DNA from: Candidatus Nanopelagicales bacterium
Lineage (GTDB): Bacteria > Actinomycetota > Actinomycetes > S36-B12
Length of the DNA stretch: 64,000 nucleotides
Assembly: GCA_017854795.1 (NCBI GenBank)
Contig: JAFMHB010000001.1
Coordinates: forward strand, 80,606-144,605
Direction: 5' to 3'
Below are positions 11,409-21,433 of this stretch, one piece after another. Below the pieces are notes generated by a model that was not told the origin of the DNA, made no database searches, and was given only the letters and a program-made list of their open reading frames with translations. Positions within the stretch are counted from its first letter, which is position 1. The number at the start of each line of letters is the position of its first letter. The translations under genes were made by a program, and so were the position numbers.

Positions 11409-11956
11409 GTCGGTCGGTGGTCCAAATCGGTATTGGTTGCAAATTTCCCGAGTTCAATTCGAGTGGCGTTATTTCTCGTAAGGTAATTCTTGGCTCCCAT
11501 GTCACCGGCAATCTCGTTTATTAGTGCTGACCAATGTTCACGCCCAATGACAACGGGGTGACCGATTTCGCCCTCGTAGGTTGCTTGAATGAGATCCCCT
11601 TGCGCGTCGGTAATCTCGGTGATGGCTGCGGCACTGAGTCCTATGTGATCCACGAGAGTGATGACGACTCGATCAAGTTGAGGTTCCTGGGTCAAGAGGA
11701 ATACAAGCCCGGCGCGCAAACTAGAGGACATGCCCAAAGAAAAGTCGGGATTTTCAATCACCGTTGCCTGCGGAACGTCACCAACCCATGCGCCGAGCAC
11801 AACATAAACATTGGTTAGTCCTGCTTCGCGCAGGATGCGAACACCACGATCAACGAGACGTTCACCTTCGAAAACGAATGGCGCTTTTGGCCCACCGAAT
11901 CTTTGGCCACTCCCTGCAGCAAGAACGAGACAGGCTGTATTGGCTAAATCGACCAT
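11405..11956 (-). CDS. mocA: MobA/MocA-like nucleotidyltransferase (probable molybdenum cofactor cytidylyltransferase)
   Basis: N-terminal LVLAAGSGQRFGGPK nucleotide-binding motif; 183 aa. It is embedded in the Moco/CODH cluster. Whether it uses CTP or GTP cannot be read from the sequence. Confidence 0.7.
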   Translation of the reverse strand: MVDLANTACLVLAAGSGQRFGGPKAPFVFEGERLVDRGVRILREAGLTNVYVVLGAWVGDVPQATVIENPDFSLGMSSSLRAGLVFLLTQEPQLDRVVITLVDHIGLSAAAITEITDAQGDLIQATYEGEIGHPVVIGREHWSALINEIAGDMGAKNYLTRNNATRIELGKFATNTDLDHRPT

Positions 11957-11978
11957 GCTCCACCATAATGAGCGGACT

Positions 11979-12404
11979 ATGCCAGCCGTTGTTCACCATG
12001 CCGAAGTGAGCGAGTCAGAGATCGATGCTCAGGCGATGAAAGCGCTGGTAAGTGATGCAACCACTGGAGCGGTTGTCTTATTCAGCGGAGATGTGAGAGA
12101 CCACGACCATGGGCGGAAGGTGGTTTCTTTGACCTATGAAGGTCACCCATCCGCACAGGAGGTTTTAGAAACGGTCGTCAATGACTTTGCGGCAGACTCA
12201 AACGTCACGGGAATTGCCGTGGTCCACAGGGTGGGTGAGATCCCAATTGGCCAGGCTGCATTGGTTGTAGTTGTGGCTAGTTCACACCGCGGTGATGCAT
12301 TTATAGCGGCGGGTGCTTTAGTTGACCTAGTAAAAGAGAAGCTTCCCGTGTGGAAGCACCAGTTTTTTGCCGATGGAACCGACGAGTGGGTGAATTGCGC
12401 GTGA
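11979..12404 (+). CDS. moaE: Molybdopterin synthase catalytic subunit MoaE
   Basis: GAVVLFSGDVRDHDHGRKVVSLTYEGH and PVWKHQFFADG match MoaE. Start is ATG 11979 (alternative ATG 11955). The longer track ORF from 11811 overlaps mocA. Confidence 0.85.
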   Translation: MPAVVHHAEVSESEIDAQAMKALVSDATTGAVVLFSGDVRDHDHGRKVVSLTYEGHPSAQEVLETVVNDFAADSNVTGIAVVHRVGEIPIGQAALVVVVASSHRGDAFIAAGALVDLVKEKLPVWKHQFFADGTDEWVNCA

Positions 12405-13408
12405 ATGGAACGAAACAACTCGTTGATACTTATGGTCGTGTGCATCGTGATTTGCGCGTGTCATTAACCGACCGTTGTTCATTGCGCTGCACCTACTGCA
12501 TGCCTGCGGATTTCTCGGACTGGATCGCGAACGACAAACTCCTGACAACTGATGAACTCGTCACGGTAATCGGACTCTGTGTTGAGGCTGGTATCACTCA
12601 GGTGCGACTGACGGGTGGTGAACCACTCTTGCGTCGTGACATTGTTGATGTAGTACGTCGAATAAACGAATTACCCCAACCGCCTCGTATTTCTCTAACA
12701 ACAAATGCACTGCGGTTGGCCGAGGTCGCTCAAGAGCTCAAAGACGCTGGGCTTGCGCGAGTCAATGTGTCACTGGACACGCTTGACCCAACACGATTTA
12801 ACGAGATGACTCACCGTGATCGATTCCATGACGTCATTGAAGGAATCGAGGCGGCAAAGGCGGCAGGTCTTACACCGCTCAAAGTTAATGCGGTCCTGCT
12901 CAAAGGAGTGAATGACGACGAAGCAATTCCTCTGCTGCGGCATGCATTAGCCAATGATTGGAATCTTCGATTCATCGAGCAAATGCCACTGGATGCCGGT
13001 GACCTGTGGGCTCGTCCAGTCATGGTCACGGCAGATGAAATCCAGAGCGAACTTGAACGTGAGTTTGAATTGACCCCTGTCCCAAGTCGAGGATCTGCGC
13101 CAGCGGAAGAGTTCTACGTTGACGGTGGGCCGGAAACAGTGGGGATTATCGCAAGTGTGACCAGACCGTTCTGTGCAGCATGTGACCGCTTGAGGTTGAC
13201 TGCCGATGGCCAATTTCGAAACTGCCTCTTCGCCCGTGACGAAACAGATGTGCGCGCGATTCTGCGCTCGGGCCTTCCTCAGTCAGATATCCATGCAGGA
13301 GTGCAGGCAATAATTGAGTCGGTTACTAAGTCAAAGTTACCGGGACATGGAATAAATGATCCTGGCTTCATCAAGCCTGACCGCCCCATGAGCGCAATTG
13401 GTGGATGA
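12401..13408 (+). CDS. moaA: GTP 3',8-cyclase MoaA (radical SAM)
   Basis: LRVSLTDRCSLRCTYCMP (CxxxCxxC) and the C-terminal cluster CAACDRLRLTADG. GTG 12401 overlaps the moaE stop (GTGA). Confidence 0.95.
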   Translation: MNGTKQLVDTYGRVHRDLRVSLTDRCSLRCTYCMPADFSDWIANDKLLTTDELVTVIGLCVEAGITQVRLTGGEPLLRRDIVDVVRRINELPQPPRISLTTNALRLAEVAQELKDAGLARVNVSLDTLDPTRFNEMTHRDRFHDVIEGIEAAKAAGLTPLKVNAVLLKGVNDDEAIPLLRHALANDWNLRFIEQMPLDAGDLWARPVMVTADEIQSELEREFELTPVPSRGSAPAEEFYVDGGPETVGIIASVTRPFCAACDRLRLTADGQFRNCLFARDETDVRAILRSGLPQSDIHAGVQAIIESVTKSKLPGHGINDPGFIKPDRPMSAIGG

Positions 13409-13410
13409 GT

Positions 13411-13653
13411 TTATCCGCCAGAAAATGGCGGCATAACATCAATGTGTTGCCCCGCACGAACATCGCAGTCGCCCGATCTTCCAAATGAATGACCGTCGAC
13501 AATGAAGGAACATTGAGGGATCACCGATGCCAAGCCAGGAATTTGTTGAATCAACTCTGCTTTAACTTCGACAAGGGATGCAGCTTCCACGGTGAGTGAA
13601 TTTTGCTGAGCTGCATGACGCGCCGCGGCATATAGATTTACCGTGACACTCAA
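13411..13653 (-). CDS. moaD: MoaD/ThiS-family sulfur-carrier protein
   Basis: 81 aa ending in the diagnostic C-terminal PFSGG. The TTG start at 13653 overlaps the upstream XdhC stop (TTGA), implying translational coupling. Confidence 0.7.
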   Translation of the reverse strand: MSVTVNLYAAARHAAQQNSLTVEAASLVEVKAELIQQIPGLASVIPQCSFIVDGHSFGRSGDCDVRAGQHIDVMPPFSGG

Positions 13654-14753
13654 CGCGGGGCACCTGGGTGAATTGGCCCGCTTGTGCGCGCGAGTGGTTG
13701 ACCACCACCGCCCCAGCGGTGTTGAACGATCTCGGCGCAAATACTGATTGCGGTTTCTTCGGGAGTGCGAGCGCCAATATCGAGTCCAATTGGTGAATGT
13801 ATGCGCGCAAGTTCAGAATCGGAAACTCCAGCCTCTCGCAACCGGGTCACTCGATCTTCGTGGGTTCGCCGCGAACCCATTGCACCTATGTAGCCAGCTT
13901 TGGTTCCTAATGCGACCTTGAGAGCGGGGACATCAAACTTTGGATCGTGTGTGAGGACAGCGATAACGGTTCGTTCATCAACTTCCTGTTGTTCAAGCCA
14001 GCGGTGTGGCCAATCAACTACAACCTGATCGGCCTCAGGAAAACGTTTGACCGTGGCAAAAATTGGGCGAGCATCGCAGACTGTCACGACATAACCGAGC
14101 ACTTTGCCAACTCTCACCAGAGCTGCTGAAAAATCGATGGCACCAAAAACAAACATTTGCGCAGGCGGGGCAAAGCTCGCAACGAATACGGTTAATCCTT
14201 CACCGAGGCGTTCACCCTCGGGTCCATATTCAATTGTTCCCGTGAGCCCTGCGGCCAACATGCCCAGTGCATCGTCTCGAACCGTGTCATTGAGGCGATC
14301 CGTCCCCAGTGAACCAGCCGTTGAATCAGGGTGAATCACTAAGTGTCGGCCAACAAAATGGGGACCCTTGATGATCGTTGCGATACAAACGGGATCACCT
14401 CGGTCAATCCGAGCGGCTACCTCAGGCAGTTCTGGCCAGGTGTCTTGATTTACTGGCTCAATAAAAACTTCCAGAATTCCGCCACAGGTCAGTCCTACCG
14501 CAAAGGCATCATCGTCACTGACCCCGTAATGTTCGAATCGGGGAGTGCCGTCTGCGATTACTTCGTTGCAGACTTCAAAGAGAGCACCTTCAACACAGCC
14601 GCCGCTAACACTGCCAACAGCTTCACCTTCGGGTGTGACCAGCATCGATGCTCCAGCAGGTCTGGGAGCGGAGCGCCAAGTTTGGACAACGGTGGCCATC
14701 GCAGCGCCACCAGATTGATGAGCGGCTAATAGTTCAGTGATTACTTCTCGCAT
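13650..14753 (-). CDS. XdhC/CoxI-family molybdoenzyme maturation factor (paralogue 1)
   Basis: 367 aa. N-terminal XdhC_CoxI domain (ATVVQTWRSAPRPAGASMLV...GSVSGGCVEG) and C-terminal Rossmann-like domain (FVFGAIDFSAAL...IGAMGSRRT). Confidence 0.85.
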   Translation of the reverse strand: MREVITELLAAHQSGGAAMATVVQTWRSAPRPAGASMLVTPEGEAVGSVSGGCVEGALFEVCNEVIADGTPRFEHYGVSDDDAFAVGLTCGGILEVFIEPVNQDTWPELPEVAARIDRGDPVCIATIIKGPHFVGRHLVIHPDSTAGSLGTDRLNDTVRDDALGMLAAGLTGTIEYGPEGERLGEGLTVFVASFAPPAQMFVFGAIDFSAALVRVGKVLGYVVTVCDARPIFATVKRFPEADQVVVDWPHRWLEQQEVDERTVIAVLTHDPKFDVPALKVALGTKAGYIGAMGSRRTHEDRVTRLREAGVSDSELARIHSPIGLDIGARTPEETAISICAEIVQHRWGGGGQPLARTSGPIHPGAPR

Positions 14754-14838
14754 CGTGATCCAAGTCTAAGTCCATTCCATGGAGTTATTCAAACAACTTG
14801 TATTGTGCCGCTGCTTGGCTATCATCCATTTATTCGCA

Positions 14839-15732
14839 ATGGGTCGATATGGGAACCAAATTCAGGAAGAGGTGATTGAGTTGTATGACATCGCTTTGAG
14901 TGTCGCAGCATGTGTTCGTTCGGGCACACGAGCGGATGTTGCCTGGATGGTGTTGCCGAATGCATCCGATCAAGCATTGGCCTTAACCCCGGGTGGAGGA
15001 AGGATTGGCCGGTTAGCATCCGGCGCATTTGATGGTTTGCTGACCGACGCGGCAGCCCGGCGCCTATCCACTGGTCGTCTGGTGGACCATGTAGTGAGTG
15101 AGATGGAAAGCCTCATTTGCGAACTCCCCGCAGGAACCCCCGTGCAGTTCCTTGTAGTTCCCGCGGAACAGTTCCCATCCCAGACTTGGTCACTTTTACT
15201 TAATCACAGTTCTTTGGTTGTTGTAGCGTCAATGTCGAAAGATATGGTTACGGCTATAAATATTGAGCCCGGCGGCGCAGATGCGCGACCGTTGGTTAAC
15301 GTGGAAATTGATTCAATTACAACGGTTCTCGCCCCAACCCCCCGATTGATAGTTGCGGGAGGCGGACCTGTCGCCGACGCGCTCGCCGCGCAGGCCGCCC
15401 TAATTAAATGGAAGGTTGTCATTGAGCCGCGCCCCGATGCGGTGGCAGGGCTGGCCGCCACCCTGTCTCCGGTCGATTCTGTGGTTGTGTTGGGTCATGA
15501 TGTCGAAGTTTCATCGGGGTGCCTGATGGCCGCTTTGGGAAGTGATGCGGGGTACATAGGGGCGCTGGGTTCGGTGGCAATGCAGAACTCCCGGGCCGAC
15601 TGGCTCGCTTATCGTGATGTGACGGATTTGTCCAGAGTACATGGACCTGCAGGTCTTGATATCAATGCTGCCACGCCCGAAGAAATTGCGGTCGCGATTG
15701 TGGCCGAAGCAATCGCGGTTCATCGGCAATAA
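14839..15732 (+). CDS. XdhC-family maturation factor (paralogue 2, divergent N-domain)
   Basis: C-terminal XdhC Rossmann-like domain (LIVAGGGPVADALA...YIGALGS...GPAGLDI). The N-domain is degenerate. Start ATG 14839 was chosen and is uncertain. Confidence 0.7.
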   Translation: MGRYGNQIQEEVIELYDIALSVAACVRSGTRADVAWMVLPNASDQALALTPGGGRIGRLASGAFDGLLTDAAARRLSTGRLVDHVVSEMESLICELPAGTPVQFLVVPAEQFPSQTWSLLLNHSSLVVVASMSKDMVTAINIEPGGADARPLVNVEIDSITTVLAPTPRLIVAGGGPVADALAAQAALIKWKVVIEPRPDAVAGLAATLSPVDSVVVLGHDVEVSSGCLMAALGSDAGYIGALGSVAMQNSRADWLAYRDVTDLSRVHGPAGLDINAATPEEIAVAIVAEAIAVHRQ

Positions 15733-16088
15733 AAAAATAATTTAGAATTTCCCTGCAAATCCTGCATCCGAGGCCTACGCTTGCAATACTTTCAACATCT
15801 GTCAGGTATCCATGGATGCAAGTGAGCTCAAGGGGTTAAATATGCCGGTTGAATCTTCAGGGCAGGAACGCGGAAACCCGCGAATGTTTGCTCTCATTGA
15901 AAACGCCCCGAAAACTGGCGCGAGCCCAACGGTGTGGGCTTTTCCACAGTTCGTTGAATTCCTGAAAGTTGCGGGCCAACCCGTTCAAGGCCCTTGGCCG
16001 CCGCACCAAGAGCCACGCCCTGATCCCGATGCAGATTCCATGCCAACAGCAGTCCCCGACAGCGGTCGCTAAGAGAGGAAAGGAACGA

Positions 16089-16961
16089 ATGTATCCGTCA
16101 CGATTTTCCTACGACGCACCAACTTCGGTCGAAGAAGTTATTGCGATACTTGACCAAAATGGCGGTGAGGCAAAAGTATTAGCAGGAGGACAGAGCCTGA
16201 TCCCGATGCTAAAACTTCGCTTCGCATCTCCAGCGCGCGTGGTCGACATAAACGGGATTCCCGGTCTGGAGTACCACCGCGTTGATCCCGACGGGACGTT
16301 GCGCATTGGAGCCTTATGTCGACACGAGGATTTGGAATTTAGCAAAATTCTTGGAAATTTCCCCACGTTGTCTCAGGCATCCTCTCTTGTGGCAGATCCA
16401 ATCGTGCGTACGCGCGGAACTTTTGTTGGTTCACTGTGCCACGCTGACCCGCAGGGTGATTGGTCCGCAACAATGATTGCCCTTGGAGGAAAAATCATTG
16501 CACAGGGACCAAATGGTCGCAGGGAAATTAAAGCACGTGACTTCGTCCTAGGGCCATTTGTCAATGCCCTCGCGTTTAATGAGGTTGCCGTAGAAGCGAT
16601 CGTTCCGCCGGCTAAGGGGAAGGCTCTCGGCGGTTACTTAAAGTTGGAGCGTCGCGTCGGTGACTTCGCCACTGCTTCGGTTGCAGTGGCCCTGGACGTT
16701 GACGGTGACATTGTGACGCGTGCCGGCTGTGCACTTGCTGGAGTCGGTGGCCGGACCATTGATGCAAATGATGCAATCTCAGTATTGGTGGGTAAGTCCT
16801 TGAATTCGGAGAGCATTAAAGAAGCGGCCGAGGCAGTTGCTGCTGCAGCGGAACCGCGCACCGATCACAGGGGATCTTCTTCATATAAGCGCCACATCGT
16901 GGAAACATTTGTCACCCGGATTCTGTCCAACATTGCCAACAGCGAGCAGAAAGCAGCCTGA
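16089..16961 (+). CDS. coxM: CO dehydrogenase medium (FAD-binding) subunit CoxM
   Basis: ATG 16089 follows GAGAGGAAAGGAA. FAD-binding motif [14 protein letters not shown] and the CO-dehydrogenase flavoprotein C-terminal domain; 290 aa. Confidence 0.9.
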   Translation: MYPSRFSYDAPTSVEEVIAILDQNGGEAKVLAGGQSLIPMLKLRFASPARVVDINGIPGLEYHRVDPDGTLRIGALCRHEDLEFSKILGNFPTLSQASSLVADPIVRTRGTFVGSLCHADPQGDWSATMIALGGKIIAQGPNGRREIKARDFVLGPFVNALAFNEVAVEAIVPPAKGKALGGYLKLERRVGDFATASVAVALDVDGDIVTRAGCALAGVGGRTIDANDAISVLVGKSLNSESIKEAAEAVAAAAEPRTDHRGSSSYKRHIVETFVTRILSNIANSEQKAA

Positions 16962-16963
16962 AC

Positions 16964-17497
16964 ATGACTAGCCTCTATGACGAAGTACAGGCAGCGCCTG
17001 CTGCAGGAGTGGAAGTTCGCCGGATCACGGTAAATGTAAACGGAACGGATAGAACCGTTGATGTGGAACCACGACTCCTCCTCGCGCACCTGTTGCGCCA
17101 AGCATTGCAACTCACTGGAACGCACAGTGGTTGCGACACGTCCGGTTGCGGCGCATGTACGGTGTTGATGGATGGCCGTCCCGTTAAGAGCTGCACCGTA
17201 TTAGCGGTTCAGGCAAACGGTCGAGAAGTCGAAACGGTGGAAGGCCTTGCTACCGCAAGCGAATTGCACCCTATTCAAGAAGGATTCAAAGAGGAGCACG
17301 GTCTCCAATGCGGGTTCTGCACTCCCGGCATGATGCTCTCAGCCAAGGCGCTGCTGGAACGAAATCCCGATCCAACCGAGGATGAAGTTCGTTGGGCATT
17401 GTCTGGCAACCTGTGCCGCTGCACCGGCTACCAAAACATCGTTAAGTCAGTTCTTTGGGCTGCAAAGAAAATGCGCGAACAAAACCAGGAGGCATGA
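16964..17497 (+). CDS. coxS: CO dehydrogenase small ([2Fe-2S]x2) subunit CoxS
   Basis: [12 protein letters not shown] and CGFCTPGM...CRCTGY cluster motifs; 177 aa. Confidence 0.95.
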   Translation: MTSLYDEVQAAPAAGVEVRRITVNVNGTDRTVDVEPRLLLAHLLRQALQLTGTHSGCDTSGCGACTVLMDGRPVKSCTVLAVQANGREVETVEGLATASELHPIQEGFKEEHGLQCGFCTPGMMLSAKALLERNPDPTEDEVRWALSGNLCRCTGYQNIVKSVLWAAKKMREQNQEA

Positions 17498-19878
17498 TGG
17501 CACCGCTCGACGAACTCAAAATTGGTGGCATGGGTGCGAGTCGCCGCCGTGTAGAAGACAACCGTTTCATCCGTGGTAAGGGTCGTTACGTTGATGACAT
17601 TGTATTGCCCGGAATGTTGCACGTGGAAATTCTGCGCAGCCCAGTGGCACACGCCCGCATTAAATCTATTGATACCAGTGCGGCTTGGGAGGTTCCCGGA
17701 GTTCGACTTGTCATGACCGGAGAGACCATGGCTGCTCGAAACCTGGCCTGGATGCCAACCCTTTCTTATGACACACAAGCAGTGCTCGCAACAGACAAGG
17801 TTCGTTTTCAGGGACAAGAGGTCGCAGCGGTTGTTGCAGACAACCCGTACATCGCCAGAGATGCACTCGACAAGATCGTGGTTGAATACGAACAGTTACC
17901 GGTTATTGTTAATCCGATTCAGGCTCAGAGCCCCGACGCACCCCTGATCCGCGACGACAAAGAGAACCAAACGTCAAATAAGATCTTCGATTGGGAGATT
18001 GGCGACAAGGAAGCAACCGACCGAGCTTTTGCGCAGGCAGATGTCGTGTCAAAGATTGATCTGCACTATCCCCGCTCTCATCCGTCCCCATTAGAAACCT
18101 GTGGCTCAATCGCGGATTATGATCGATCCAGCGGGAAATTAACCGTCTACATGACTTCGCAGGCACCTCACATTGTTCGAGCTGCGGTGGCCATGGTTGC
18201 TGAGTTACCTGAGCACATGATCCGGATTATCTCCCCCGATCTTGGTGGCGGATTTGGAAATAAAGTTCCCATCTATCCGGGATACGTTATTTCGATTCTT
18301 GCGTCAATCCTGACTGAACGCCCCGTCAAGTGGGTTGAAGACAAATCAAGTAACTTAATTTCTACCGGTTTTGGTCGCGATGTTTATCTTGAAGGAGAGT
18401 TGGCCCTTCGAAAAGATGGAAAAATCCTCGGAATGCGCATGCACACGATTTCTGATCACGGTGCCTTTTTCGCTGATGCTCAACCTACGAAGTTCAAAAT
18501 TGGTTTGATGCACTCAACATTTGCCTGCTATGACATACCTACCGGTCACCTTGTCAGTGAGGGCTACTACACGAACAAGGCTCCGGGAGGTGTGGCATAT
18601 CGATGCTCATTCAGGGTCACCGAAGCTATGTTTTTCCAAGAGCGAATGATGCATGCAGCGGCAAATGACCTCGGCATGGATCAAGCAGAGTTCCGTCGAG
18701 TGAACTTGGTCCGCGACGACATGTTCCCGTATCGCACCGCTTTTGGTTTCCTCACCGATTCCGGTCAGTACGAAAAATGCCTCGATGTTGGATTGGAGGC
18801 AATCGGGTACAGCACCTTCAAGCAGGAGCAAGAAGAAGCTCGTAAGCGCGGCAAGTTACTCGGTATTGGAATTTCAACCATGACCGAACCACTTGGTGCG
18901 GGAAATAGTCGGGAATACGACATCATCGGTATCAAGATGTTTGACTCCGCTGAATTGCGCGTGCACATGACAGGTAAGGCAATCCTGCGAACGGGCGCGA
19001 AGACTCAAGGCCAGGGTCACGAGACAACGTGGGCGCAAATCGTGGCCCACGAACTCGGAATTCCTGCCGACGACATTGTTGTGGAAGAAGGCGATACTGA
19101 CACGGCGCCGTTCGGAATGGGAACCTACGCATCTCGATCAACACCGGTCGCTGGTGCTGCCGTCGCTATGGCTTCTCGCAAGATTCGGGCTAAGGCACGC
19201 AAAATCGCAGCCCACCTTCTTGAGGTTTCTGAAGAGGATATTGAGTGGGAGTTAGGGCGGTTTTACGTTCGCGGTAATCAAGAACGCGGCGTGACCATTC
19301 AGGATTGTGCACTCGCCGCCTATAGCAATGTGCCAGACGGTCTGGAACCGGGATTAGAAAATACTTCGTACTACGATCCCCCCAACTTGACCTGGCCATT
19401 CGCAGCCTATTTCTGCAAAGTAGAAGTCGATGCACAAACTGGCGTATGGGATGTCTTGAACTTCGTTGCCGTGGACGACTGTGGTGTGCGAATCAACCCA
19501 ATGATTGTCGAAGGGCAGGTAATGGGTGGACTCACCGAGGCATACGCCATGGCGAACATGCAGTACATGACTTTCGACGAAGAAGGTAACTGCATTGGAG
19601 CTAACTACATGGACTACCTAATCCCCACTTCGTGGGAGACTCCTGGTTTTGAGTTGCATGAAGTGGTCACTCCGTGCCCGCACCATCCAATTGGGGCTAA
19701 GGGTGTTGGCGAATGCGCAACGGTGGCGGGGCCCGCCGCGTTCGTGAATGCTGTGATGAGTGCCATTGAGCACACAGGTGTTCGCAATGTTGACATGCCA
19801 CTCATGCCAAACCGTGTTTACCAGGCGCTGCAAACGGGGCAAGATGTCTCGGGAATGCCACCGGTTCTGAGCGACTAA
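17494..19878 (+). CDS. coxL: Form-I aerobic CO dehydrogenase large (Mo-Cu) subunit CoxL
   Basis: The start ATGATG overlaps the coxS stop. Active-site loop GVAYRCSFR is encoded at 18595-18615. 794 aa with molybdopterin-binding domains. Confidence 0.93.
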   Translation: MMAPLDELKIGGMGASRRRVEDNRFIRGKGRYVDDIVLPGMLHVEILRSPVAHARIKSIDTSAAWEVPGVRLVMTGETMAARNLAWMPTLSYDTQAVLATDKVRFQGQEVAAVVADNPYIARDALDKIVVEYEQLPVIVNPIQAQSPDAPLIRDDKENQTSNKIFDWEIGDKEATDRAFAQADVVSKIDLHYPRSHPSPLETCGSIADYDRSSGKLTVYMTSQAPHIVRAAVAMVAELPEHMIRIISPDLGGGFGNKVPIYPGYVISILASILTERPVKWVEDKSSNLISTGFGRDVYLEGELALRKDGKILGMRMHTISDHGAFFADAQPTKFKIGLMHSTFACYDIPTGHLVSEGYYTNKAPGGVAYRCSFRVTEAMFFQERMMHAAANDLGMDQAEFRRVNLVRDDMFPYRTAFGFLTDSGQYEKCLDVGLEAIGYSTFKQEQEEARKRGKLLGIGISTMTEPLGAGNSREYDIIGIKMFDSAELRVHMTGKAILRTGAKTQGQGHETTWAQIVAHELGIPADDIVVEEGDTDTAPFGMGTYASRSTPVAGAAVAMASRKIRAKARKIAAHLLEVSEEDIEWELGRFYVRGNQERGVTIQDCALAAYSNVPDGLEPGLENTSYYDPPNLTWPFAAYFCKVEVDAQTGVWDVLNFVAVDDCGVRINPMIVEGQVMGGLTEAYAMANMQYMTFDEEGNCIGANYMDYLIPTSWETPGFELHEVVTPCPHHPIGAKGVGECATVAGPAAFVNAVMSAIEHTGVRNVDMPLMPNRVYQALQTGQDVSGMPPVLSD

Positions 19879-19879
19879 C

Positions 19880-20836
19880 ATGAAGGAAACGATCAGCGGT
19901 ATGGACGTCATGGAACTTGCGGTTCAACTCGCACGCACCGGGCAGTCCTATGCGCTTGCCACAGTTGTTTGGCGTAAGCCGCCTTCGTCGGGCCAACATG
20001 GTTCAAAAGCGGTGATCACCGCAGATGGTCAACTTCACGGCTGGATCGGTGGCGCATGTGCCGAGCCGGTTGTGATCCGAGAAGCAAAAAAAGTTCTTGC
20101 TGCAGGCGAGCCCTCTTTGATCTGGCTTGGTCAAGATGCTGATTTTGCTGGAATGCATGTCCCTGAGGGGGTCCTGACAATCCCCATGTCATGCCAAAGT
20201 GAAGGGGCACTACAGCTCTATATTGAGCCTGTTCTCGTGGCACCCGAAGTGGTGATTGTTGGGCGCTCACCCATGGCCATGACCCTGTTGGAATTAGTTC
20301 GCGGCGTTGGCTGGCAGGGCGAGTTAATCGATGGGTCGGCGTTCACTGCGGAAATGGTGCATTCGGGCAGCATCGTGATTGTGGCTACACAGGGGCACGG
20401 CGATGAAGAAGTTTTGGAGACTGCCTTGGGCGAAAGCCCCGCATTTGTTGGGCTGGTGGCCTCGGCCAAACGCGGTGAAGCAGTTCAGGGTTACCTGTTG
20501 GATCGTGGCGTATCACCGGAAAAATTGTCAACCGTTCACGTCCCGGTGGGCCTTGACTTGGGACACACCACGCACCGCGAAATAGCTGTGGCGATCCTCG
20601 GCGAATTAGTCCAAAGGCGCGCAGCGGGAGAATTACGACCGGTATCGATGAATCCTTCGATCAAGACCGAACCTGAAGAGGTTATTGACCTGGTCTGCAA
20701 TATGACGGTTGCCGCAGTCCCAGAAAACAGGCCATTCGATTATGACGGAGTTACGTACTACTTCTGCGCACCCGGGTGTCGGGTCGCGTTTGAAAAAGAT
20801 CCAGAAAAATTCATCAAGCGGGAGGTCACATGTTAA
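19880..20836 (+). CDS. XdhC/CoxF-like maturation factor fused to a C-terminal YHS (TRASH-type) metal-binding domain (paralogue 3)
   Basis: N-terminal ATVVWRKPPSSGQHGSKAVI...GWIGGACAEP (XdhC_CoxI), a Rossmann-like middle, and C-terminal DLVCNMTV...FDYDGVTYYFCAPGCRVAFEKDPEKF (YHS). It starts 1 nt after the coxL stop. Confidence 0.8.
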   Translation: MKETISGMDVMELAVQLARTGQSYALATVVWRKPPSSGQHGSKAVITADGQLHGWIGGACAEPVVIREAKKVLAAGEPSLIWLGQDADFAGMHVPEGVLTIPMSCQSEGALQLYIEPVLVAPEVVIVGRSPMAMTLLELVRGVGWQGELIDGSAFTAEMVHSGSIVIVATQGHGDEEVLETALGESPAFVGLVASAKRGEAVQGYLLDRGVSPEKLSTVHVPVGLDLGHTTHREIAVAILGELVQRRAAGELRPVSMNPSIKTEPEEVIDLVCNMTVAAVPENRPFDYDGVTYYFCAPGCRVAFEKDPEKFIKREVTC

Positions 20837-21417
20837 TTACCCAAACCTTCGACATGGATCAGCCAGTCGAACAAGTGTGGAATTTCTTCGATGACATTCC
20901 CCTAGTTGCTATGTGCATTCCGGGTGCGGACCTCACTGAAAAGGTAAGTGACGACGAATACCGTGGAGATGTCACAATCTCGGCCGGTCCGGTGAAGTTG
21001 GAGTTCACCGGAGTAGTCAAAATTAAGAGCCGCGACGACGCCCGGAAGGTGATCGTGCTCGATGCTTCCGGCGCGGATAAAAAGGGTCGTGGGTCAGCTA
21101 GCGCAATGCTTGACATCTCTCTCGTTCCACTTGGTGGCCAGACGAGGGTAAATATGAGCATGGACCTTGCCATTTCAGGCGCCGCGGCTCAATACGGTCG
21201 CGGATTGGTAAAGGACTTCACCGGGGTTCTTGTAACCCAAACCGCGGGATCCATGAAAATGCGGATGACCGCGATCGCCGAGGGTCGCGATCCGATGTCA
21301 GTTGGGGGACCCAAGGCGGCCAGTGGTCTTGCAATCGGTTTCAGTGCATTTTCTATGGCTGCAAAACGGGTGTTCGCACGTTTCTTCCTGCCCTATCAAT
21401 CGGCACCTAGCCGTTAG
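20830..21417 (+). CDS. coxG: CoxG (SRPBCC-fold CODH accessory protein) with a hydrophobic C-terminal tail
   Basis: Motifs FDMDQPVEQVWNFFDDIPLVAMCIPGA and GPVKLEFTG are typical of CoxG. C-terminal LAIGFSAFSMAAKRVFARFF. Overlaps the previous gene by 7 nt. Confidence 0.85.
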   Translation: MLITQTFDMDQPVEQVWNFFDDIPLVAMCIPGADLTEKVSDDEYRGDVTISAGPVKLEFTGVVKIKSRDDARKVIVLDASGADKKGRGSASAMLDISLVPLGGQTRVNMSMDLAISGAAAQYGRGLVKDFTGVLVTQTAGSMKMRMTAIAEGRDPMSVGGPKAASGLAIGFSAFSMAAKRVFARFFLPYQSAPSR

Positions 21418-21433
21418 TCCGGAGGTAAATTAG

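Noticed and set aside
11957-11978. Molybdenum-cofactor riboswitch upstream of moaE, or upstream of moeA (25804-25941).
   Set aside because: The spacers are too short (22 nt) or lack the conserved Moco-motif helices as far as I can see by eye. No claim is made.
15812-16072. 86-aa ORF upstream of coxM as a real cox gene (a coxB/coxC-like gene).
   Set aside because: It has no RBS and no TM segments, its composition is Pro-rich and low-complexity, and another frame overlaps it. It is kept only as a question inside the leader finding.
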